Positions 9,707 through 16,898 of a stretch of 64,000 bases of DNA are shown here, one piece after another. The stretch covers positions 12,902 through 76,901 of the forward strand of contig JABIFG010000141.1 of NCBI GenBank assembly GCA_018650795.1, read 5' to 3'. Numbering within the stretch: position 1 is the first letter of the stretch; every line of letters starts with the position of its first letter. The stretch comes from Fidelibacterota bacterium (GTDB lineage: Bacteria > Fidelibacterota > UBA8477 > JABMPR01). Position numbers and translations under genes: made by a program. A model generated the notes under the pieces. The model searched no databases and was not told the origin of the DNA. It was given only the letters and a program-made list of their open reading frames with translations.

Positions 9707-10057
9707 CTACTTGCCTTTTTCATCTATCAGTAAATCAGTTAGAATGGGTTTGTGGTTGGGCTGAAATAAACCAACAAAGAATCGTCCTGTGATCGCGTAT
9801 ATCACGAACATCGCCAGAGCCCCCAGCAGAATACCATCTTGTTTGATTGAGGTAATGTCGTATTGATAATGATAAAGACCTCCAGCGATACCAATATTGA
9901 CAAGGGCGTAGAGCAGATTCCCGATGGCAGAAAAACCGAATAAACTTAAAAACCGTAGTCTTATTATTCCAAAAAGCAGGTGAGGCATGGCATTCATTAA
10001 AAAGAAGCCGGTCAGGAAATCTAGGATATTGAGTGTCATAATGGTTTCTCCATTCAA
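9707..10057 (-). CDS. small membrane protein, unknown function
   Basis: 116 aa with 3-4 hydrophobic helices. Lies 5 nt downstream of the preceding gene. Confidence 0.4.
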   Translation of the reverse strand: MNGETIMTLNILDFLTGFFLMNAMPHLLFGIIRLRFLSLFGFSAIGNLLYALVNIGIAGGLYHYQYDITSIKQDGILLGALAMFVIYAITGRFFVGLFQPNHKPILTDLLIDEKGK

Positions 10058-10061
10058 GCTG

Positions 10062-10541
10062 TTATGACTTCAAGTCATTGAGTAGACCCATGAGCACATT
10101 TAAACGCTCGCTGATGATTTCATCATCTTTTGCCAGTGTCGCTTCGAAGAGATCAAGATCATCTTCGATAAACTCATTGTCAATGCAAACCTGCACATTC
10201 ATAGCATCACCCTGGAGACCAATACGATCTAGAGCTGGATAATTCGGGTAGTCTTTCTCGTTTTTATGATAACGCTCGAGAAAAACTTTTCGGGACTTGA
10301 CGATGAGAATGGCCAGATCCAGAACGCGGTGCAAGGGAAGTTCCTCTGACTGGCGGGACCATTTTCCACCGGTATGACGCCAGACTTTGGCGGAGATATC
10401 CACATTGCCGCGTTCATTCCACTGGGCCAGCCCCAGAGATAAACCTTTGGCATCTGAGTTGTGTGCCTTGCGGCCATCAATACGATCATAGTCTTCTGAA
10501 ACAATGACGGGCTTGTGTTTGAGCTCACTTGGTATTTTCAT
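10062..10541 (-). CDS. conserved hypothetical cytoplasmic protein
   Basis: 159 aa, soluble, with no motif I can assign (…GLSLGLAQWNERGNVDISAKVWRHTGGKWSRQSEELPLHRVLDL…). Confidence 0.4.
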   Translation of the reverse strand: MKIPSELKHKPVIVSEDYDRIDGRKAHNSDAKGLSLGLAQWNERGNVDISAKVWRHTGGKWSRQSEELPLHRVLDLAILIVKSRKVFLERYHKNEKDYPNYPALDRIGLQGDAMNVQVCIDNEFIEDDLDLFEATLAKDDEIISERLNVLMGLLNDLKS

Positions 10542-10746
10542 ATTATTAATTTCCTTATGAATATTTACTAAATTACTGCACTACTAAACTAGTAAATAAT
10601 TTTTGTGTATCAAGACTCCTTTTGCCTGTCCCATCTGTGCCTCTTTTGAGCTAAAGTTTATCAAAAAGTGACACCTCCACAAGCAGCCCTGACCCTTCGA
10701 TTATCCAAACTTATTCCTTCAAGATGTGCGCTTTTGACTTAGTTTA

Positions 10747-11907
10747 ATGCGAATGAAGATCATCCATAACATGATAGCCTGGGCAAAAAGACTCCGCGAA
10801 GAAGGTGTCCTTGACCTGATTCTGATCCTCTGGATCATTCTTTTTGTAGGAGGCCTGGCTGTATTCCTCCTGGATTACAGCTCAGACGATAGCAAGATCA
10901 ACAATCTTTTTGATGCCTTCTACTGGGCCTGGGTAACCATGACCACGGTGGGCTTTGGCGACCTGACTCCCGTGACCCCGGCAGCCCGGATCGCGGCATC
11001 TATCATGATGTTTTTCTCCATGGCGTTGATCTCATTCTTTACGGCTACCATTTCATCCATCTTTGTAGCCAGGAAAATCAGAGAGGGTAAAGGTTTGGAA
11101 AAAATAAAATATAGTGAGCACTATATCATCTGCGGTTGGAATGATCTGGCAGACGAATTATTGGAATCACTGCTCAAGCAGGATAAAAAAGACAGTACTC
11201 CCATTGTTCTGGTCAATGAATTATCGGAGGAAGAAATCGATGCCTGGCGCTCCACACTCAATGCTAGCCATCTTGGCTTTGTAAGAGGAGACTTTACTCA
11301 GGATGCCGTTTTGGCAAAGGCCAATGTCTCAAAAGCAAAGGCCGTTCTCATTTTACCAAATCTGATTAAATCAGGCAAACAAGAAGCTGACGAGAAAACA
11401 GCTCTGGCCACCTATTCCATCAAAGCCCTGGCCCCCAAAACAAAAGTCTATGCCTACATCCTTCATTATGAGAATAAATCAAAACTTCGACGGGCCAAAG
11501 CCGATGGCATTATAATCGCTGATGAGTTTGGTCCTTACCTCGGCGCCAGTCAATTGCACAACCCGGGGATTCCAGCCTTTTTATCAGAAGTATTGAATAC
11601 GGACAATTCTCGTCTTGAAACCAGGGTGGTTCCAGATCGTATGATTGGAAAAACCTATGCAGAGTTGTTTAGTGAATCATTTGAAGAACATGAGATGACA
11701 CTTCTGGGTGTTTATCAGGAGGAGGGGAGTGCTGGAATTGGAGATTTTCTCAGCGCTGATTCAGGTGACTATCTTGATCAATTTATTGCCGCCAAACTCA
11801 AGGCTGCTGGTCGAGGTGTCAATGAAGAGCAGAAAATTAAAGTTCGGATTAATCCGGAAAAGGACTATGTCCTGAAGTCCGGTGAACAAATGATATTGTT
11901 AAAGTAG
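10747..11907 (+). CDS. 2-TM potassium channel with C-terminal RCK/TrkA-N domain
   Basis: K+ selectivity filter TMTTVGFGDLTP lies between two TM helices. An RCK-like Rossmann segment follows (HYIICGWNDLADELLESLL). Confidence 0.85.
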   Translation: MRMKIIHNMIAWAKRLREEGVLDLILILWIILFVGGLAVFLLDYSSDDSKINNLFDAFYWAWVTMTTVGFGDLTPVTPAARIAASIMMFFSMALISFFTATISSIFVARKIREGKGLEKIKYSEHYIICGWNDLADELLESLLKQDKKDSTPIVLVNELSEEEIDAWRSTLNASHLGFVRGDFTQDAVLAKANVSKAKAVLILPNLIKSGKQEADEKTALATYSIKALAPKTKVYAYILHYENKSKLRRAKADGIIIADEFGPYLGASQLHNPGIPAFLSEVLNTDNSRLETRVVPDRMIGKTYAELFSESFEEHEMTLLGVYQEEGSAGIGDFLSADSGDYLDQFIAAKLKAAGRGVNEEQKIKVRINPEKDYVLKSGEQMILLK

Positions 11908-11932
11908 GTATTAACCAGGAACAGAGAAGCCC

Positions 11933-12436
11933 ATGCCTTACATACAACATCTAAAAAATTGCCCCCTGTTTAAAGGCTTGACTGAAGACGAGATTGCGGT
12001 CTATCGGCCAGCCACAAAACAGGTCTCCTATAAAGAGGGTGATGTCATTATGACCGAAGGTCAAACAGGGGAGACTCTGTTTATTCTGATCAAAGGTCAG
12101 GTAACCATCAGTAAAAAACTTACCCTTCTGGGAGATGAAGAAGCTGACACCAAGGACAAAACTTTTATCACTCTGTCAGATGAATACAGACCCTTTTTTG
12201 GTGAAATGGCCATGCTCATGGAGGATTCCATACGGACGGCCACAGTGAGTGCATCATCTGATTGTGAAATCGTGATTATGTCCAAAACCGCCTTCCAGGA
12301 AGCCTGTGCAAAACATCCAGCAATTGGGGTTCAGGTAATGGAAAATATTGCGCAGAAACTGGCCACCAATCTGGAGCGTGAGAGTAAAAACGTATTAAAG
12401 CTGACCACTGCCTTTAGTCTGATCTTAGAAGAGTAG
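11933..12436 (+). CDS. stand-alone cyclic-nucleotide-binding domain protein
   Basis: cNMP-binding signatures: FKGLTEDEI, GDVIMTEGQTGETLFILIKGQV, FFGEMAML...RTATVSA. 167 aa, 25 nt downstream of the channel gene. Confidence 0.8.
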   Translation: MPYIQHLKNCPLFKGLTEDEIAVYRPATKQVSYKEGDVIMTEGQTGETLFILIKGQVTISKKLTLLGDEEADTKDKTFITLSDEYRPFFGEMAMLMEDSIRTATVSASSDCEIVIMSKTAFQEACAKHPAIGVQVMENIAQKLATNLERESKNVLKLTTAFSLILEE

Positions 12437-12542
12437 TTATAGCCCAATTTGAATAATAATCGCAACGAACTTACCGATCGCAACAAAAGGCTACAATCTG
12501 GTTGCCTTCGCTATCTTCGTTGAAAAAAAGAAAGTACAAAAA

Positions 12543-13025
12543 ATGAACATCGAAAAAGATAAAGTGGCAAGTATTGATTATACCCTGACCAATGATAGTG
12601 GTGAAGTATTGGATAGCAGTTCTGGTCGTGAACCCCTCGCCTATTTACATGGTAATGGCGGATTGATTCCAGGTCTTGAAAAAGAACTAGAAGGTAAAGT
12701 TAAAGGCGATAAACTGGTGGCCATCATTGCTCCCGATCAGGCTTATGGCGTGCGAACTGAAGAATTGGTTCAGGAAATTCCCCTGGAAAACTTTCAGGAT
12801 GCCAGCGAAGTAAAAATGGGAGCTCAGTTCCAGGTTCAAAATGGCGACCATACGCATATCGCTACGATTACCGCGATTGGTGATAAATCAGCCACCGTGG
12901 ATATGAATCACCCCCTGGCAGATGAAACCCTGCATTTTGATGTGGAAGTCATGGATGTCCGGGAGCCCACCAAAGAAGAACTTGAACATGGACATGTTCA
13001 TGGTGCCGGTGGACATCAGCATTAA
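12543..13025 (+). CDS. slyD: FKBP-type peptidyl-prolyl cis-trans isomerase SlyD
   Basis: KVASIDYTLTNDSGEVLDSS..EPLAYLHGNGGLIPGLEKELEGK..., an IF-domain insert, and a His-rich tail HGHVHGAGGHQH. Confidence 0.85.
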   Translation: MNIEKDKVASIDYTLTNDSGEVLDSSSGREPLAYLHGNGGLIPGLEKELEGKVKGDKLVAIIAPDQAYGVRTEELVQEIPLENFQDASEVKMGAQFQVQNGDHTHIATITAIGDKSATVDMNHPLADETLHFDVEVMDVREPTKEELEHGHVHGAGGHQH

Positions 13026-13032
13026 GTTAGAA

Positions 13033-13093
13033 GTTAGAAGTTAGGTTTCGATATTGTCTCCCAACTCTTAATCCCTAACACCTAACTTCTAAC
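13033..13093. terminator. 14-bp perfect hairpin between convergent genes (possible bidirectional terminator)
   Basis: GTTAGAAGTTAGGT (13033-13046) pairs with ACCTAACTTCTAAC (13080-13093). The left arm belongs to a GTTAGAA heptad run starting at 13026. There is no clean U-tract. Confidence 0.45.
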
Positions 13094-13107
13094 CTGAAAC
13101 GCCCCAA

Positions 13108-13713
13108 TCAATATTTAACCGAACACCCATATGGCTTGGAAATGCTATTGGTGATTGGCTGACCCGCCAGGGCTTGGTCCAGAGCTAAAGAAATAAAATT
13201 TTTGGCCCGGGGAATATCCTCCACTTTGGTAGAGCGAACATTGTCAGCCCCGCCTGCATATACCAGTTGACCCTGGGGATCAATGATAAATATATGCGGT
13301 GTTGTTCTGGCAGCATATGAGTGGCCAACCTGGCCATCGGAATCAATGAGATAGGCGGAGAAAGCAGCACCATGTGCCTTGGCCCTGCGCATGATTTCAT
13401 TGGGCTTAAAATTACCTTCCTTGCCAGGTGCTGAGGAATTGATAGATAACCAGACCACACCCTGTTCAGTATAGGTTGACTGGAGGGCTTGCATCTTACC
13501 GCTGTCATAATGCTTTTTCACGAAGGGGCAATCATAATTGACCCATTCAAGCACCACATAATTCCCGCGGTATTCCCTGAGATTATGTGATTTTCCCATG
13601 GCATCTTTCAGAGAAAAATCAGGAGCAGCTTCCCCAACGCTTAATTTCTGACCAAAACCAGTTGTGGCCAGCAATACAGCAATAATCATAATCGTGATAT
13701 GTTTTAAACGCAT
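13108..13713 (-). CDS. secreted thioredoxin-fold (redoxin/AhpC-TSA-like) protein
   Basis: Track ORF extends to 13866. The ATG at 13713 is preceded by AGGAG and gives signal peptide MRLKHITIMIIAVLLATTGFG. APDFSLKD..G....L.EYRGNYVVLEWVNYDCPFVKKHY indicates a thioredoxin fold with a single active-site Cys. Confidence 0.7.
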   Translation of the reverse strand: MRLKHITIMIIAVLLATTGFGQKLSVGEAAPDFSLKDAMGKSHNLREYRGNYVVLEWVNYDCPFVKKHYDSGKMQALQSTYTEQGVVWLSINSSAPGKEGNFKPNEIMRRAKAHGAAFSAYLIDSDGQVGHSYAARTTPHIFIIDPQGQLVYAGGADNVRSTKVEDIPRAKNFISLALDQALAGQPITNSISKPYGCSVKY

Positions 13714-13723
13714 GTGTATCTCC

Positions 13724-14521
13724 TTATTGAAAGGGTTGATTGACGATGGAGTGGGTGGTGATAGGACCACCAGGTGAAGCAAATGTTTGAACAAGTACGC
13801 CATGTAGAGATTCTGGAAGAACATCTGCATTATTGAGCAGTGGAATGATGATCCATTGCTTGCCAAAACCGCGCTTTACATGAACCGGCCTCGCTAAATC
13901 ATAAACCATTTCGTCATATGGAAAAAAGTCAACGGATAGAAGTTTCCGATCCCAGGGCAGGTGTCTAAAGGCCAGCTCAATCTGATTTTCCTTTTTAGAA
14001 ACTGTGCCCAATGAAATAGGGCCTGAATCAGGAAAACGTTTTTCAGCTTGCTTAAGCAGGGCAGTCCGCTCCTTTATAGCCTTCGATGGAGTGTTACTTG
14101 TGGGTATCATGAAACGGTGTTTAGAAGAACCCGGCTGACAAAGATCTTTACACTCCAGCCATTGAATATCCAGGGCAAAGACGTTGCTATCAGGTATTTC
14201 AGCGGGTGCTTGAATGCTAAACAGGTAAAGCGCTTCATTATCGAGGATAAATGTAGTAATGCCTTGATCAATGTGGCGAGTTGGTACGGGTTCACGACGA
14301 TTTATCACCTTGAAGTCCCTAGGAAGGGACCATTCAAAACTGGTGGGCATGCCAGCTTCTCCGGGATTTTGCCAATAGGTGTACCAACCAGGTTCCATGG
14401 AAAAGATCACTGCGACTTCAATAATCTCATTTGCCAGGACACCATGAGTCAGAGGGACGACTTCAACAGAAACCATGGCTTGTTCAGCAGCAATTAATTG
14501 GGATCCAACCAAGAGTAACAA
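13724..14521 (-). CDS. DsbD N-terminal (DsbD-alpha)-like periplasmic domain protein
   Basis: MEPGWYTYWQNPGEAGMPTSFEWSLP...IQWLECKDLCQPG matches the DsbD-alpha/ScsB-N pattern. The N-terminus is uncertain: TTG 14521 gives a poor signal peptide, while the in-frame upstream stretch IRKITIPRCLPVI has no canonical start. Confidence 0.6.
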   Translation of the reverse strand: MLLLVGSQLIAAEQAMVSVEVVPLTHGVLANEIIEVAVIFSMEPGWYTYWQNPGEAGMPTSFEWSLPRDFKVINRREPVPTRHIDQGITTFILDNEALYLFSIQAPAEIPDSNVFALDIQWLECKDLCQPGSSKHRFMIPTSNTPSKAIKERTALLKQAEKRFPDSGPISLGTVSKKENQIELAFRHLPWDRKLLSVDFFPYDEMVYDLARPVHVKRGFGKQWIIIPLLNNADVLPESLHGVLVQTFASPGGPITTHSIVNQPFQ

Positions 14522-14737
14522 AATGACAGGAAGGCAGCGAGGAATAGTGATTTTCCTTATGGGTTAACGGGCCAATGGTGATAGCAAATGTAACGATAAG
14601 CTTCATCCCTTCGTTCCACAAGGCAAAGTTTTGGTATGCCGCTGGTTGAGCTTGCCTGCCAAGCCATAGTTCAGGTGGAACGTAGGCTGGTCGAAACCAA
14701 ATGTAGTGTAAATCAAGGCAGGCTATATTTTGATCAG

Positions 14738-14804
14738 CCTTCGCACTTCGACGGAGTATATACTGAGCGAAGCCGAAGTGCTCAGTGTGACGGCTCAGGA
14801 TGAC
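14738..14804 (-). repeat. REP-like repeat unit (composite), inverted partner of 16641-16680
   Basis: The minus strand reads GTCATCCTGAGCCGTCACACTGAGC[27-nt insert]GTCGAAGTGCGAAGG. The 20-nt and 15-nt blocks are identical to 16644-16663 and 16666-16680. Confidence 0.85.
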
Positions 14805-14935
14805 AGGTCAATGTCCGGAGACCAGCCTCAGACTGGCAGGCAGGACGATACGTACAATCAAGTTTCTAGTTCCAAATTTCACGGAACATTAGCCCAGAGG
14901 GATGTCCTCAGCTATATTCCCGCGAACCCAATGTT

Positions 14936-16492
14936 TTGGACCCAAACATGCCAGGAAAACCACTCATGAAACACCCCATGCTATTGATTTTTGTTGTCAT
15001 CATCCTTGCTGCCTGTGCAGCACCCCAGCCAGCTGTGACCCCAGAAGCAATGGAAGCACCCCCAACAGCTATCAAGCATGCAATCGAGATCCCCCGAGAA
15101 TTCAGAGCCGCCTGGGTAGCCACAGTAGCCAATATTGACTGGCCCAGCAAACCGGGTCTTAGCACCGCTGAACAACAGGCCGAAGCCATCAGCCTGCTGG
15201 ATAGTGCCGTCATCCTCAACCTCAACGCTATCGTTTTCCAGGTGCGTCCCCAGTGTGATGCCCTCTATCAAAGTGAGCTGGAGCCCTGGTCTTATTTTCT
15301 CACCGGTGAGCAGGGTAAAGCACCAGAACCTTTTTATGACCCCCTTGCTTTCTGGGTAGCAGAAGCCCATAAACGCGGTCTGGAACTCCACACCTGGTTC
15401 AATCCCTATCGCGCTCATCATCCCAATGGACAGAAAAACGAGACCTCCGTGATCTCTACCCGCCCGGAAATTGTACGAGAAATTGACAAGGGTTATTTCT
15501 GGCTGGATCCCGCCATGCAAGCCACACAGGATTACTCTTACGATGTGGTTATGGATGTGGTCAAACGTTATGACATCGATGGGGTCCATTTTGATGATTA
15601 TTTCTACCCCTACAGCAATATTGAATTCCCCGATGATATTCCCTGGCAGAACTATCTGGATAATGGCGGTAGCCTGGAACGTAATGACTGGCGTCGTGAA
15701 GCAGTCAATGTTTTTATCAAACGCGTCTATAGTGGTATCAAGGCAGAAAAAAACTGGGTCAAATTTGGTCTTAGTCCCTTTGGTATCTGGCGTCCCGGCA
15801 ATCCTGCCTCTATTCAGGGCTATGACCAGTATGACAAACTCTATGCAGATGCAAAACTATGGTTGAATGAGGGCTGGGTTGACTATTGGACCCCCCAACT
15901 GTACTGGCCCACACGTAAGATTCCCCAGAGCTATCCAGTATTGCTGGGTTGGTGGGTTGGTCAAAATACACATGACAGAAATATCTGGCCGGGTCTTTTT
16001 ACCAGCAAAATTAAGGATGAAGCCAGCGCTCTGGAAAACTTCAGCCAGATCATGATTACCCGCGGAATGGTTCCCAAGGGCCCTGGTAATGTCCACTTCT
16101 CAATGAAAGCCCTGCAGCGCAATTATGGAGGAATTTCTGACATCCTTCTCAAAGGACCCTACGCCAGGCCGGCACTTATCCCACCATCACCCTGGCTTGA
16201 CAATCAAGTACCGGCTGCACCTCTGGTAGAACTGAATCCCAGGGAAGGCAATGTCCATGTCCATTGGCTTCATGAAGACCAGGAAGATGTCAATCAATGG
16301 GTGGTTTACTTTCAGCGTGGCAAGAAGTGGGATTACAAAATTCTCAACGCCGATAAGGAAGTTTATGTATTACCATTGGTGATCCGCTCTGAAGACGGCA
16401 TGACCCCCCCTGAAGTACTGGATACTATTGCTGTGACAGCAGTAGATCGTTTGGGCAATGAGAGCGAAAGGATTTACATCCCGGTCAGATAA
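14936..16492 (+). CDS. glycoside-hydrolase-like family 10 (GHL10 / YngK-YddW type) lipoprotein
   Basis: REFRAAWVATVANIDWPSKPGLS...LNLNAIVFQVRPQCDALYQSELEPWS..LTG.QG...YDPLAFWVAEAHKRGLELHTWFNPYR is the PF02638-type signature. A lipobox (IILAAC) follows the internal Met at 14966. Confidence 0.8.
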   Translation: MDPNMPGKPLMKHPMLLIFVVIILAACAAPQPAVTPEAMEAPPTAIKHAIEIPREFRAAWVATVANIDWPSKPGLSTAEQQAEAISLLDSAVILNLNAIVFQVRPQCDALYQSELEPWSYFLTGEQGKAPEPFYDPLAFWVAEAHKRGLELHTWFNPYRAHHPNGQKNETSVISTRPEIVREIDKGYFWLDPAMQATQDYSYDVVMDVVKRYDIDGVHFDDYFYPYSNIEFPDDIPWQNYLDNGGSLERNDWRREAVNVFIKRVYSGIKAEKNWVKFGLSPFGIWRPGNPASIQGYDQYDKLYADAKLWLNEGWVDYWTPQLYWPTRKIPQSYPVLLGWWVGQNTHDRNIWPGLFTSKIKDEASALENFSQIMITRGMVPKGPGNVHFSMKALQRNYGGISDILLKGPYARPALIPPSPWLDNQVPAAPLVELNPREGNVHVHWLHEDQEDVNQWVVYFQRGKKWDYKILNADKEVYVLPLVIRSEDGMTPPEVLDTIAVTAVDRLGNESERIYIPVR

Positions 16493-16640
16493 TGTCCTTA
16501 CCTGCGGTTTAGAGATTGCCGCCCCCTTTTTGTCCTATGTCAAAAGTCAAAGGTCGCAGGGCACAAGACCTAAGTCGAACTTCTCTCGACCATACCATTA
16601 TACCCCTCAACGTCCACCCCAAAAAAGGACAACGAGCTGT

Positions 16641-16680
16641 CAACCTGAGCCGTCACACTGAGCTTGTCGAAGTGCGAAGG
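16641..16680 (+). repeat. REP-like repeat unit
   Basis: CAACCTGAGCCGTCACACTGAGCTTGTCGAAGTGCGAAGG. Shares the 20-nt and 15-nt identical blocks with the inverted copy at 14738-14804. Confidence 0.85.
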
Positions 16681-16898
16681 ACGAAATGACCGGTCCCTGC
16701 CAATGGATATAAGGCTTCGAGAACCCCAGCCTCCTTGCACAAAAAGATCTTAAGCAAGCATGTACTGATCGTCCATTACTTTTTGAAGCCCCAGGTTAAA
16801 CTGAGGACCTTGCTTCCTATCCAGCATTACCAATCCACATTTTAACTGCTATATTCCTGCATATTGTTTGTACAAACATTTTGTGAAGGGAATCCATC

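Noticed and set aside
13026-13093. The slyD-proximal palindrome as a further attC site, since it contains GTTAGAA and TTCTAAC.
   Set aside because: The polarity is wrong. Here GTT...AAC are at the outer ends (5'-GTTAGAA...TTCTAAC-3'), whereas attC sites read 5'-RYYYAAC...GTTRRRY-3'. There is also no homology to the two ~130-nt elements.
14730-14969. ORFs 14730-14969 (+), 16458-16661 (+) and 32294-32482 (+).
   Set aside because: They are translations running through REP-like repeat units in intergenic DNA (e.g. ...LRQAQRDT...). They have no start context and overlap better-supported genes.
14908-15589. Antisense ORFs 14908-15225 (-) and 14981-15589 (-), and the internal + frame ORFs inside the GHL10 gene.
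   Set aside because: They are fully embedded in a gene with a strong family signature, and their composition is low-complexity shadow-frame.
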